Positions 39,295-51,562 of a stretch of 64,000 nt of DNA are shown in pieces. The notes below the pieces were generated by a model that saw only the letters and a program-made list of their open reading frames with translations, was not told the DNA's origin and did not search any database. The translations under genes were made by a program, and so were the position numbers. Source of the stretch: an uncultured Cryptobacterium sp. (lineage in GTDB: Bacteria > Actinomycetota > Coriobacteriia > Coriobacteriales > Eggerthellaceae); NCBI GenBank assembly GCA_964456695.1, contig CAYWAO010000005.1:19905-83904 (forward strand), read 5' to 3'. Position 1 is the first letter of the stretch. Each line of letters opens with the position of its first letter.

Positions 39295-39643
39295 CGCTAT
39301 CAGCCCTCGTTTTACAACTATCAATAACCTTTCTACACGCTGAAAGCATCTTATTATATCGCACTTGCGTTGTCTTACGATTTGCAACAAAAAGAACAAT
39401 AAGATCTGGCCAAGGACCACCTAAGTCACGGCAAAGAGCTCTCATCCTTCGTTTTGCGAAATTCCGCCAAACTGCATTGCCTTGTTTTTTACCCGCCACA
39501 AAAGCAACACGGCCACTAGGGCCGTGTTGGGTTTTTCCTTTATAGACGATTAAAGTCAAAGCAGGAGTTGCATATCGTTTTCCGTGCGAAAACAAATAAA
39601 AGATCTCAGTGCTAGATTTAACGGTTCCTAACACGGCTCTCAC
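39233..39643 (-). CDS. rnpA: Ribonuclease P protein component
   Basis: 136 aa with a GTG start. The basic RNR-like segment (NAVWRNFAKRRMR) is typical of RnpA. Directly downstream of rpmH. Confidence 0.8.
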   Translation of the reverse strand: MRAVLGTVKSSTEIFYLFSHGKRYATPALTLIVYKGKTQHGPSGRVAFVAGKKQGNAVWRNFAKRRMRALCRDLGGPWPDLIVLFVANRKTTQVRYNKMLSACRKVIDSCKTRADSDEKSLVFHQSYSSADSYCID

Positions 39644-39649
39644 ACAAAA

Positions 39650-39784
39650 CTAGACACAAAGACGCTTACGACCCTTAGCGCGACGAGCGGAAAGAACAGC
39701 ACGACCACCTTTAGTTGCCATACGAGCACGGAAGCCATGAGTTTTTGCGCGCTTATGAGTATTTGGTTGATAGGTGCGCTTCAT
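39650..39784 (-). CDS. rpmH: 50S ribosomal protein L34
   Basis: Not in the ORF track (44 aa). Sequence [44 protein letters not shown]. Confidence 0.95.
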   Translation of the reverse strand: MKRTYQPNTHKRAKTHGFRARMATKGGRAVLSARRAKGRKRLCV

Positions 39785-39983
39785 TACGTTTTCCTTTCAT
39801 ATTTACAATAACCTCGAAATTGTACGATATTTATCAGGTAAGTCAAGAAAAGAATTGTATCTTTTCTAGGAATTAACCATAGAAGAAACACGGTTAACAA
39901 AAAATTACACAAATGGTATTAAATCGCTTCTTTTTTCTTTATTTAGGTATATAACACGGTATTACATCGATCTATTCCTACTG

Positions 39984-40410
39984 TTTTTCACACATATGCA
40001 CAGGTTTTTCACCTTCATTTTGTAAGGCAATGTGGATAATGTGGAAAACTCAATAAGCATTTTCTTGATCTTGTTTACAATCTTTAAAAAAGATCAACTC
40101 AAAACTGTAGAAGTAACACCTTGCCTGAATTACTATTGGAAATAGTTTCATATCATATTTATTAATAAAGCTATGACCTGCTGTTTCTTTGAGTTAGCAT
40201 ACTTACAAATCAACTGCAATACCCAATTATTGAACCTTAAGGCTTCCATTTTTACAGAACGAGAATTCATCAGTAAGAACTACAAGCATTACAAAAGGCC
40301 ATAAAAATCTAAAAACTTTTCCATATTTGTTTTTCTATGGTTTTATTTTTCTTTCCTGGTTTTCATAACTTTCCACATTTTCTTGAAAGAATGTTGAAAA
40401 CAGTGAAAAA
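39984..40410. promoter_or_regulatory. DnaA-box cluster / candidate oriC segment upstream of dnaA
   Basis: Tandem TGTGGATAA (40031-40039) and TGTGGAAAA (40040-40048). Relaxed boxes TTTTTCACA (39984-39992), TTTTTCACC (40005-40013), CTTTCCACA (40369-40377) and AGTGAAAAA (40402-40410). AT-rich stretch at 40141-40170. Confidence 0.6.
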
Positions 40411-40536
40411 GTGAATGAAAACGCCATGAATAATTGAAAAAATACCCTATGCTGTCTAGAATACAGAAAAACGCCTGGTTTGTTCGTCTAGCCGCATGAA
40501 TGACCGGGCTCTTTTTTTCTTCGTGATAAGCAACCA

Positions 40537-41598
40537 TTGAAAAAGGCAACCTTGACACAAAACGAAACAGGACATAACGCTTCTCAAGAACAGCGCGAGA
40601 ATTCAGAACCAGTTCTAAATTCTCAAACACCTATGCCTTTTATTGAGCAGGATACGACACAGATACCCCCCTATGCCTACACACAAAACGGAGGGATGCA
40701 TCCTTACGAACAACCAGCACACCCCTATAACCAACCCAGCACCAATCAATACGCCAACACCTATCCATACCCCTATAGCAACCAAACACCCCAGGGATAT
40801 CCAGGGATATATCCGCCCACCAATCCTATTCAATGGAACAACACTGAATCTCAAGTATCCCATGCAGATACTGATACTTCTTTTAATTTTGATTTCATAG
40901 ATTCACCCGCGCGGATTGCTATCTATGACAATTTCAAATCAGCTCCTCGTGTAGTTCAAATACAAGGAGCACCAACCCATGAATACATCGAGCGAATTGC
41001 TTCTCTCACCTACAAACATGCAAAAGAAGAAGGGGGAGTTATTCCCTACACTGTAATCCGCGAAGTGTCAGAAAATTTCATTCATGCGAAATTTCAAGAA
41101 ATAGTTGTTTCGATTATGGATCATGGAAATACCATTCGTTTCGCTGACCAAGGTCCTGGTATCACCAATAAAGATCTCGCACAGGAACCAGGATTTTCTT
41201 CAGCTATTGAACCTATGAAGCGCTACATCCGAGGAGTCGGATCGGGACTTCCTATTGTGAAAGATTATCTTGATAGTTCGCATGGCTATATCCAAATTGA
41301 AGACAACATTAATAGAGGATCCGTCGTAACAATTAGTCTTGTTGCTCCTAAAAGCATTCATGACGATCCATCACTGCAGCAAGAAATCCCTGAACTCACT
41401 GAAAACGAGCAGCGAATCTTACAAGCACTCCTACCTGATAACATGCTGGGAATTACTGAGATGAATCACATCACAGGTATACCAGTGGCAAGTATTCACA
41501 CTGCTTTTTCTAAAATGGAACAACAGGGATTAGTGAAGAAAACAAACAAAAAAAGAGCACTTACTTTTTTTGGTCAACAGGTAGCGCAGAATATATAA
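40537..41598 (+). CDS. GHKL (HATPase_c)-type ATPase fused to a C-terminal winged-helix domain, with a Pro/Tyr/Gln/Asn-rich N-terminus
   Basis: 353-aa ORF. The TTG start is uncertain, with an alternative ATG at 40633. N-box EVSENFIHA, G1 DQGPGI, G2 GVGSGL. C-terminal MarR-like HTH (LTENEQRILQALL...GITEMNHITGIPVASIHTAFSKMEQQGLV). Confidence 0.6.
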   Translation: MKKATLTQNETGHNASQEQRENSEPVLNSQTPMPFIEQDTTQIPPYAYTQNGGMHPYEQPAHPYNQPSTNQYANTYPYPYSNQTPQGYPGIYPPTNPIQWNNTESQVSHADTDTSFNFDFIDSPARIAIYDNFKSAPRVVQIQGAPTHEYIERIASLTYKHAKEEGGVIPYTVIREVSENFIHAKFQEIVVSIMDHGNTIRFADQGPGITNKDLAQEPGFSSAIEPMKRYIRGVGSGLPIVKDYLDSSHGYIQIEDNINRGSVVTISLVAPKSIHDDPSLQQEIPELTENEQRILQALLPDNMLGITEMNHITGIPVASIHTAFSKMEQQGLVKKTNKKRALTFFGQQVAQNI

Positions 41599-41676
41599 TC
41601 TTTTTCGCACTAAAAATCGCACGTGTGCATAATTAAAGCCATACGCTGCAGTGTGCCCGAAGGTAAGATAAAACAC

Positions 41677-43356
41677 ATGGATCTTGAGAAACTCTGGACA
41701 GATTTAATACGACAACTTAAGTCGTATCCAAACGTTAATGCATCACAAATTGATGCATTCTTTTCGCGTGTCCAAATTCAAGCCGCAAGTCCAGGCTTTA
41801 TTATGTTCACCTCAGACAACAGCTTCATTAAAGATTGGATCGAAAAACACTACGTAAAAGATATCCAACGTGCACTGCAAGATTTGTATAGCATAGATTT
41901 CATTGTGCAAATTGAAGTAGATCCAACAGCAACACCTTCAGACAACATGCAGGATGTGTATATCAATGCGCAAACAAGTACCACAAACACCTCTGCATAT
42001 ACCGAACAGGAACCATACATTACACAAGAAGAGGCTTCCACTAAAGAACCCTCTCAAGAAGGGGTAAGCTTTACACACACAAACCCCGAAAAGATCTATG
42101 CAACTGAACAGCACTCACCCGCACGACCTCCTTTCTCAGAAAACACGCATTACACTACGCTTCACCTGTCTGAACAGGATCAACGTCGCGACCCTGTGGT
42201 CGATGGATCTCCCATACCTACATCAACATCACCTCATATCTCTTCACATAAACAGAAAGACGACCACAACGTGCACGACATGGTATTGAGATCACCAAAG
42301 GGAGAAAGCAGACTTACGTTTGACACCTTTGTAATTGGAGACTCAAATCACATGGCATATTCCATGGCAGTCGAAGTTGCTGATAGACCGGGATCATCAG
42401 TTCTTAATCCTTTGTTCATCTATGGCCGAAGTGGTGTTGGGAAAACCCACCTTCTTTGTGCGATTAAAAACTACATTAATGAGCAATACAGCGACTTCAA
42501 TGTCTGCTATATCGACTCAATGGAATTGGTAAACAAGTATTCAGATGCTGCTATAGAAAAAAGTGTTGATAAACAAAGCTTTAAGAACTTTGAAAATTTC
42601 TTCCAACAGGCAGACGTCCTTTTAATTGATGACATTCAAGGTCTCCAGGGGAAACCAGGAACATTGAATGCACTGTTCAGGATATTCAATTCATTCATTC
42701 CAAAAGGAAAGCAATTCGTCTTTTCAGCAGACCGGGCGCCAAAGAACATCGATCTCGATGAGCGCTATGTATCGCGCTTTAATTCAGGAGCTACCATTGA
42801 TATCCAGCCCCCCGACGACGAAACAAAACGCAACATCATTAAGAGTTTTATCTCTCAGTACAAAAACGAAGAAGGTCTTACCTTTACTATTTCGGATAAC
42901 ATTTTGAACTACATCATAGAAAACTCCAGCTCAAATATTCGAGAACTAAAAAGTGCTATTACTAATGTGATCTTTGCGCTAAAGATGGATAAGAGTCACG
43001 ATCTATCTGAGCAACGTATGAAAGAGTTACTGGGAAATCATTTTATTGGTGGTGGTAAAAAGCGCATCACCATAGAAATCATCCAATCTGCCGTTGAAGA
43101 TTTCTATGGTGTCAGTCACAAAGATCTCGTAGGTAAAAAGAAAGAACGTCGCATCGTTCATCCACGACAAGTGGCAATTTATTTATGTCGAGAACTTTCA
43201 GAAAGCACATTAAAAAACATTGGGAATGCCTTTAATCGAGACCATACGACAGTTATGCATTCCTGCGACCTTATCAACAATCAAATGCAAGAAGACAGAA
43301 ATCTTCGCGAAGAGCTTGAAGCGATCCGAGAAAAAATTCGCATCGAGCAGTACTAG
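41677..43356 (+). CDS. dnaA: Chromosomal replication initiator DnaA
   Basis: Start taken at MDLEKLW. AAA+ Walker A GRSGVGKTHL. C-terminal DNA-binding signature (VHPRQVAIYLCRELSESTLKNIGNAFNRDHTTVMH). Long low-complexity domain II. Confidence 0.95.
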   Translation: MDLEKLWTDLIRQLKSYPNVNASQIDAFFSRVQIQAASPGFIMFTSDNSFIKDWIEKHYVKDIQRALQDLYSIDFIVQIEVDPTATPSDNMQDVYINAQTSTTNTSAYTEQEPYITQEEASTKEPSQEGVSFTHTNPEKIYATEQHSPARPPFSENTHYTTLHLSEQDQRRDPVVDGSPIPTSTSPHISSHKQKDDHNVHDMVLRSPKGESRLTFDTFVIGDSNHMAYSMAVEVADRPGSSVLNPLFIYGRSGVGKTHLLCAIKNYINEQYSDFNVCYIDSMELVNKYSDAAIEKSVDKQSFKNFENFFQQADVLLIDDIQGLQGKPGTLNALFRIFNSFIPKGKQFVFSADRAPKNIDLDERYVSRFNSGATIDIQPPDDETKRNIIKSFISQYKNEEGLTFTISDNILNYIIENSSSNIRELKSAITNVIFALKMDKSHDLSEQRMKELLGNHFIGGGKKRITIEIIQSAVEDFYGVSHKDLVGKKKERRIVHPRQVAIYLCRELSESTLKNIGNAFNRDHTTVMHSCDLINNQMQEDRNLREELEAIREKIRIEQY

Positions 43357-43417
43357 TATTTAGCGTTGTCAATATGTACACAACGTTGGGATAGCAGTAA
43401 GGAATTCTCAATACGCC

Positions 43418-43473
43418 TGTGGAAAAAGATTTCCTCACCTTATCCCTATGGATAACAGTGTTGGAATTCCACA
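43418..43473. promoter_or_regulatory. DnaA-box cluster in the dnaA-dnaN spacer
   Basis: TGTGGAAAA (43418-43426), TTATCCCTA (43440-43448), TATGGATAA (43447-43455) and AATTCCACA (43465-43473). An AT-rich tract follows at about 43540-43570. Confidence 0.5.
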
Positions 43474-43761
43474 GAATACAAATACGAAAAAACAAGCTGT
43501 AATCAGCAGAAATACCTGTTATGAACATTTCCTCATGCCTTATTACTTCTACTATTTAAATTTTAAGTAGCGAAGATAAAGAAAAAACAGGGGGAAATCT
43601 CCTAAAGCATATTTTAGGGTGTGTAGGAAACATATACATTTGGAGAAGAATCAAGCTTTCAGTTAATCAAGAGTTGAAGAGTAATTTTCTTTCAGTAATT
43701 AGTATGTCATTACACAAAGAGCAAGTATCATATCTAGGGATACAACCTATAAGGAGCAGTA

Positions 43762-44859
43762 ATGAAATTTAGCATCAACCAAACAGAGCTTTCTAATGCT
43801 TTATCAGTTTGTGCAAAAGGATCATCAACGCGATCAACGTTATCAATTCTTGCAGGTGTCTATATCAAAGCTGAGAACGGTAGTATTACATTACAAACTT
43901 CTAATCTCGAACTTTCTATTAGAGTAGTTTGTTCTGCGTTGGTTGAAGAATCAGGAGAAACCGTTGTCCCTGCTAAATTATTCCTTGATATCGTAAAAAG
44001 CTTGCCAGATATGGCAATTCGAATTGAGGCGGATGAAACAACTGCATCGGTCTTTTGTGATTCAACATCGTTTTCATTGAAAGCACTTAACCCTCTTGAT
44101 TTTCCTGCGTTTCCAGAAGTGGTACCTGAAAAAGAAGCGCAGTTTCCCTTCCCGGTGTTTTTATCTATGATTAAACGTACAGCGAAAGTGGTATCGCGTG
44201 ATGAATCACGGGCAATACTAACAGGTGTTCTTATTTCGTGTGTTGGTCGCGAATTACATATGGTTGCGACAGACTCATATCGCTTAGCAGTGTGTGAAAC
44301 AGAACTTGATCAGGTGTGTTCGGAAGAATTTAAGGCGGTTATTGCCGGATCATTCTTACAAGAAATAGCTGGTCTTCCCAAATCAGACGATCTTATTACC
44401 CTTGCTCTTAGCGAAAACCAGATTATTATCACCTACCAGGATACGACTTTTATTAATCGTCGTATTGAGGGGGTGTTCCCTAACTACAAACAGCTTCTTT
44501 CTGATAATTACAGCACTCGGGCAGCACTGCCTACAAATTCCCTTATTGATGCGGTGCGACGTGTTTCATTGCTCAGTAATAAAGTATCTCCTGTCCAAAT
44601 CAATGTTGATAGCGAAAGCGGACGGGTTGATTTACTAGCTAATTCGCAAGATGTGGGCAAAGCCCAGGAAACAATCCTGTGTGAAGTAGAAGGTCAATCA
44701 GTCGATATTGCGTTTAATTATTCATTCTTACTTGATGGATTGAGCTCAATTGGAAGCGATGTGGTCTACCTTGATCTTTTCGGGCCAATGAAGCCAGGAA
44801 TTTTGCGTGCAACCGGAGATGAAAACTTCTTGTATCTCATTATGCCGGTTCGTGTGTAG
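43762..44859 (+). CDS. dnaN: DNA polymerase III beta sliding clamp
   Basis: 365 aa with AAGGAG Shine-Dalgarno. Typical clamp N-terminus and C-terminal LIMPVRV. Confidence 0.95.
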   Translation: MKFSINQTELSNALSVCAKGSSTRSTLSILAGVYIKAENGSITLQTSNLELSIRVVCSALVEESGETVVPAKLFLDIVKSLPDMAIRIEADETTASVFCDSTSFSLKALNPLDFPAFPEVVPEKEAQFPFPVFLSMIKRTAKVVSRDESRAILTGVLISCVGRELHMVATDSYRLAVCETELDQVCSEEFKAVIAGSFLQEIAGLPKSDDLITLALSENQIIITYQDTTFINRRIEGVFPNYKQLLSDNYSTRAALPTNSLIDAVRRVSLLSNKVSPVQINVDSESGRVDLLANSQDVGKAQETILCEVEGQSVDIAFNYSFLLDGLSSIGSDVVYLDLFGPMKPGILRATGDENFLYLIMPVRV

Positions 44860-44874
44860 ATAAAGCAGAAGTCT

Positions 44875-46008
44875 ATGAGTCTTTTTATTAAAAAGATTGC
44901 GTGTGTTAATTTCCGCTCCTATGCCGACTTTAGTCTTGAAAATCTTGGAAACCTCACTCTTATTGTGGGTTCTAATGCTGCAGGAAAAACAAATATTCTT
45001 GAAGGGATACAGCTCACCACGGCATGTACGTCGTTTCGCCATCCGAAAGTTAGTCATCTCATACGCACTAACGAAGCAGCGGGGAGCTTTACCAGCACCT
45101 TTCAAGGGGATGGGCGAGAACTAGAAGTATCTCTTCGTCTTTCAGATGAAGGAAAAACCTACTACGTAAACAAAAAGAAGAAAGCTACGCGCTATGTGCG
45201 CGGTATTATGCCATCCGTTCTTTTTTGCCCAGATGATTTAGATCTTATGAAAGGTAATCAAAATGCAAGAAGAACCCAACTTGATCTCTTAGGTTCTCAG
45301 CTTTCGTCGAATTACAATGCATGCCGTTTGGATTACGAAAAAATCTTGCGGCAGAAAAATAGCTATCTTAAGCAGGATATGTCGCATGAGTATCTTTCAA
45401 GCGTGAATGATGTCTTAGCTACGATTGGCTCTCAGCTTTATTGCTTGCGCTCTCATGTTATTACGTCGCTGATTTCCCATATTCAGGCATATTACGAGCA
45501 ACTTTCTTTAGGAAAAGAACGTATCCAAATCTCGTATGTTCCTTCGTGGGAGCGTAAAGTGCATGACTTAGAAACATATAATGACATTACGCTATACGAG
45601 CGACAAGAAGCCTATGCTTGTTTAATGGAGGCTATGGAAGCGCATCATATTCAAGAACACGAAAGTCATAGGTCGTTGTATGGACCACACTTAGATCGCA
45701 TTGAGTTCTATATTAATCACAAAAATGCATCTCTTTTCGCTTCTCAGGGACAACAACGATCACTTGTTTTGAGTTACAAGATGGCAGAAGTTGCACTTAT
45801 GTTCGATCAGTTGGGTCAATATCCGGTGTTGCTTCTCGATGATGTGATGAGTGAATTAGATAGTGATCGCCGTGCTGCATTTTTTTCGTTGGTTTCGAGT
45901 GGGGTACAAACATTTATAACTGCCACAAATGCTGAAGTGTTTAACCCTTCATTTTTACGCGATGCACGTATTGTAGAATTACACTCGGAACACAACCTGT
46001 ACAAGTAA
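44875..46008 (+). CDS. recF: DNA replication and repair protein RecF
   Basis: 377 aa. Walker A GSNAAGKTN, signature SQGQQRSL and Walker B LLLDDV. Confidence 0.93.
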   Translation: MSLFIKKIACVNFRSYADFSLENLGNLTLIVGSNAAGKTNILEGIQLTTACTSFRHPKVSHLIRTNEAAGSFTSTFQGDGRELEVSLRLSDEGKTYYVNKKKKATRYVRGIMPSVLFCPDDLDLMKGNQNARRTQLDLLGSQLSSNYNACRLDYEKILRQKNSYLKQDMSHEYLSSVNDVLATIGSQLYCLRSHVITSLISHIQAYYEQLSLGKERIQISYVPSWERKVHDLETYNDITLYERQEAYACLMEAMEAHHIQEHESHRSLYGPHLDRIEFYINHKNASLFASQGQQRSLVLSYKMAEVALMFDQLGQYPVLLLDDVMSELDSDRRAAFFSLVSSGVQTFITATNAEVFNPSFLRDARIVELHSEHNLYK

Positions 46009-46076
46009 GGATAGCGCAGCACGAAGGTGTCGAAGAGACACTTTAGTGTAAAGATAGCTAAGCTATCAAGCGTTGT

Positions 46077-46709
46077 ATGTCTACTAACTTAAAAGGTTTA
46101 CTAAGTATGAGTACTGATTCGATAGATACTAACAACGAATATCGATCTGTCGCAGATCCACGTCGTTTAGCACATATATACAACGAAAGAAGTCAATCAC
46201 TCCATCCGATTGAGCAGACCTTTTCGTCGATGATCTCTTCGATGCCAGATGAAGTAAGACAACGGGTGTTCATTAATAGACGTATTCAGCAAGTACATAA
46301 TCAATTTGCACAGGTGGTCGATCCGTTTATTCTTGACCACACTAACTCAGTGTATTTATTACGTCACAAAGATGAGGAAGAACGCAACGTTTTTGATCTC
46401 GTTGTATACGTTGACAATTCCTTGTGTTCTGCAGAATTGAATGCGCAAAGAGAATTGATTCGCCTGAAATATCGGGAACTTTTTAATCTGATTATTGATG
46501 TGTTTGAAATTCGAATTTCACGCGGGGCGTATAAGGATTCCTATCCCTTTAGAGGGCGAACTGAAAATCAGCAAGACCAAAACCAAGAACGAGAGCTTAG
46601 TCCTGAAGAAATCGAAGCAATAGATAACACGGTGAGTATACTTCCTCAAGGCAAGATGAAAGACTCCTTCATACATGCGATGAAGGCTCAAAAACGTTTT
46701 AATAGTTAA
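46077..46709 (+). CDS. DUF721 / DciA-like protein
   Basis: 210 aa in the conserved actinobacterial slot between recF and gyrB. DUF721-like core (NSVYLLRHKDEE...LVVYVDNSLCSAELNAQRELIRLKYRE). Confidence 0.65.
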   Translation: MSTNLKGLLSMSTDSIDTNNEYRSVADPRRLAHIYNERSQSLHPIEQTFSSMISSMPDEVRQRVFINRRIQQVHNQFAQVVDPFILDHTNSVYLLRHKDEEERNVFDLVVYVDNSLCSAELNAQRELIRLKYRELFNLIIDVFEIRISRGAYKDSYPFRGRTENQQDQNQERELSPEEIEAIDNTVSILPQGKMKDSFIHAMKAQKRFNS

Positions 46710-46836
46710 TATAAAAAACAAGTCAAAAACATTCATTTTCTCCTGCGAGAAGCCGCGAGAGATATGTTTAAAGGTCGAAATATTAAAAGTACCTTGCCTA
46801 ATCTGATATACTGATTCTTAGAAATAGCACCTCTAA

Positions 46837-48825
<1,989 letters not shown>

Positions 48826-48839
48826 AAAGGACCTATTTC

Positions 48840-51356
48840 GTGGCTGAACATAAAGATGAAGAATTGGATATGACGGGATCGATGATCATTCCTGCTGAAC
48901 TCAGCAAGGAAATGCGCACATCGTTTCTTGAATATTCCATGAGTGTTATCGTATCTCGTGCTCTTCCCGATATTCGAGATGGTCTTAAACCAGTTCATCG
49001 TCGTATTTTATACGCGATGAATGAAAGTGGTATCACTCCTAAACGTCCTCATGCCAAGTCGGCACGAACTGTTGGTGACGTTATTGGTAAGTACCATCCT
49101 CATGGTGATACCGCAGTGTATGACACGATGGTTCGTTTGGCGCAGCCCTTTTCCATGCGTGTGCCTCTGGTTGATGGTCATGGAAACTTCGGCTCTATTG
49201 ACGGTGATTCTGCTGCAGCTATGCGTTATACCGAGGCGCGTTTGGATAAACCTGCCATGGAGTTGTTGCGCGACCTGGATAAAGAAACGGTTGATTTCCA
49301 ACCAAACTACGATGAAAGTTTGGAAGAGCCTGTTGTTTTGCCGGCACGTTTCCCGAACTTGCTTGTTAATGGATCTTCCGGTATTGCGGTTGGCATGGCG
49401 ACTAATATTCCTCCTCATAATTTAGGGGAAGCTATTGATGCCACCTGTATTATGCTCGATAACCCCGATTGCACGGTCGATGATTTGCTCGAAGTGATGC
49501 CTGGTCCTGATTTTCCAACTGGTGGCATCATTATGGGGAAAAGGGGTATTCGCGAAGCGTATGAAACCGGGCGCGGAAGCATTACTATTCGTTCAACATG
49601 TCGTGTTGAAGAAGGCAAAAACGGTAGAAAAAGTATCATCATTTCAGAGATTCCCTACCAGGTGAATCGTACAAACCTTCTGAAAAAAATTGCTGATTTG
49701 ATCAGGGATAAGAAGCTTTCTGAAATTTCCAATGTACACGATGGGGCCGATCGTCATGGTATTGATATCATTATCGAGCTGAAGCAAAGTGCGATCCCTC
49801 AGGTTGTACTGAATAAGCTCTATAAGCACACGCAGCTTCAAATTGGATTTGGTTGCAATATGCTTGCGCTAGTTGATGGAGTACCACGTACGCTATCTTT
49901 AAAAGAAATGCTGCACTACTACATTCTTCATCAAGAAGAAGTGGTAGAACGCCGTACGCGCTACGATCTTACGAAGGCAGAAGCGCGCGCCCATATCTTG
50001 GAAGGCTTTGTTATTGCCTTAGATAACATTGACGAAGTTATCCAGATCATTCGCTCATCAGAAACTGATGCTGAAGCAAAAGCGACGTTAATGGAGCGCT
50101 TTTCGTTGTCTGAAAAACAAAGCGAAGCAATTCTGGAAATGAAGCTTCGTCGCTTAACTGGCTTAGAGCGTGAAAAAATTCAGCAAGAGTTGGCTGAATT
50201 GCGCGAAAAAATTGAGTACTACAAGCGTGTTTTGTCTGATAAAACTCTCGTGAAGCAGATCATCAAAGAAGAATTACTTGAGATTAAAGATAAGTATGCA
50301 ACCAAGCGTCTTACCAAGATTACTGCTGAAGTCAAGGATATTGACGTTGAGGATCTTATAGCTGAAGAAGAAGTTGCTGTAACGGTGACTAAAGAGGGTT
50401 ATGTCAAGCGCCTTCCTGTTGCAACGTATCGTCAGCAAAAACGTGGCGGTAAGGGCACGCAAGGTGTCAACCTGAAAGAGAGCGACTTTGTAGAGCATCT
50501 CTTTATTGCTTCGACCCATGCTTATATGTTGTTCTTCTCGTCGCTTGGAAAAGTGTATCGCCTGAAAGCATATGAGATTCCTGAGGCATCCCGCCATGCG
50601 CGCGGCACCGCAATTGTTAATTTGTTGCCCCTTGAAAAAGGAGAAACGATTGCAGCAGTAATCGCGACAAAAGATTTTCCTGAAAATGAGTACCTGATGT
50701 TTGTGACTGCATCGGGCATGGTTAAAAAGACATCGATGAAGCTCTATGATCGTACGCGTCGAGATGGGTTGATCGCTATCAATCTCAACGATGACGATGA
50801 GCTCATTTCGGTACGACGTGTGGCAGAGGGCGAAAAAGTCGTTATGGTTTCTTCTGCAGGTAAGGCAATTTTGTGGGATGAATCAGAAGTACGTGCTATG
50901 GGACGTGATACGAAAGGCGTTCGTGGTATGACCGTGAATGCTGATGCACATGTATTAGGTATGGAAATAGCACATCCAGGAATGGATCTCTTTGTTATTA
51001 CCGAGCTTGGATATGGTAAGCGTACTCCTGTGATAGATTATCCAGAGCATCATCGTGGTGGGCAAGGTGTCTACACGATTAGTATGACTGCTAAAAAAGG
51101 TATGTTGGCCGCTATGAAAGTGGTTGATCCTGAAGATGAGATCATGATCATCACTGAAGAAGGTGTTGTTGTTCGTACGGCGGTTTCTGAAATTCCTCAA
51201 CTGGGACGCTCAACACAAGGGGTTCACGTTATGAATATTGCCGATAAAGATAAAGTTTCTACTGTTGCAATCGCAACCAATCACGAACAGAAGCTTGAGC
51301 GAAAATCTCATACGGCAAAGACGCACGAAAACCAGATGAATTTACTTGATGAGTAA
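48840..51356 (+). CDS. gyrA: DNA gyrase subunit A
   Basis: 838 aa. Active-site region [19 protein letters not shown] motif and a C-terminal beta-pinwheel. Confidence 0.96.
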   Translation: MAEHKDEELDMTGSMIIPAELSKEMRTSFLEYSMSVIVSRALPDIRDGLKPVHRRILYAMNESGITPKRPHAKSARTVGDVIGKYHPHGDTAVYDTMVRLAQPFSMRVPLVDGHGNFGSIDGDSAAAMRYTEARLDKPAMELLRDLDKETVDFQPNYDESLEEPVVLPARFPNLLVNGSSGIAVGMATNIPPHNLGEAIDATCIMLDNPDCTVDDLLEVMPGPDFPTGGIIMGKRGIREAYETGRGSITIRSTCRVEEGKNGRKSIIISEIPYQVNRTNLLKKIADLIRDKKLSEISNVHDGADRHGIDIIIELKQSAIPQVVLNKLYKHTQLQIGFGCNMLALVDGVPRTLSLKEMLHYYILHQEEVVERRTRYDLTKAEARAHILEGFVIALDNIDEVIQIIRSSETDAEAKATLMERFSLSEKQSEAILEMKLRRLTGLEREKIQQELAELREKIEYYKRVLSDKTLVKQIIKEELLEIKDKYATKRLTKITAEVKDIDVEDLIAEEEVAVTVTKEGYVKRLPVATYRQQKRGGKGTQGVNLKESDFVEHLFIASTHAYMLFFSSLGKVYRLKAYEIPEASRHARGTAIVNLLPLEKGETIAAVIATKDFPENEYLMFVTASGMVKKTSMKLYDRTRRDGLIAINLNDDDELISVRRVAEGEKVVMVSSAGKAILWDESEVRAMGRDTKGVRGMTVNADAHVLGMEIAHPGMDLFVITELGYGKRTPVIDYPEHHRGGQGVYTISMTAKKGMLAAMKVVDPEDEIMIITEEGVVVRTAVSEIPQLGRSTQGVHVMNIADKDKVSTVAIATNHEQKLERKSHTAKTHENQMNLLDE

Positions 51357-51398
51357 CTTCATTACGGGAACATTAGATAAGCGACACACAACTCTGAG

Positions 51399-51442
51399 TA
51401 TCCCAGGTAGATCAAGAACAGATCTGCCTGGGATATTTGTAT
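51399..51442 (+). terminator. Rho-independent terminator after gyrA
   Basis: 15-bp stem TATCCCAGGTAGATC / GATCTGCCTGGGATA with one G-T pair and a 7-nt loop, followed by TTTGTAT. Confidence 0.6.
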
Positions 51443-51562
51443 AGGGAACGTTGCGTTAATGTGAGCAGAGAAGATTTGGTGATTTGATAAAGAAACGGGC
51501 TTTGATGCGCATCAAGATCCGTTTTAAAAAATGGCATGAGAGTCGGCTTTGTCAGTCGGTTG

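Noticed and set aside
40343-40630. 95-aa minus-strand ORF in the origin region
   Set aside because: It overlaps the DnaA-box cluster and the 5' end of the plus-strand GHKL-wHTH gene, has Phe/Lys-rich AT-driven composition, and has no ribosome-binding site.
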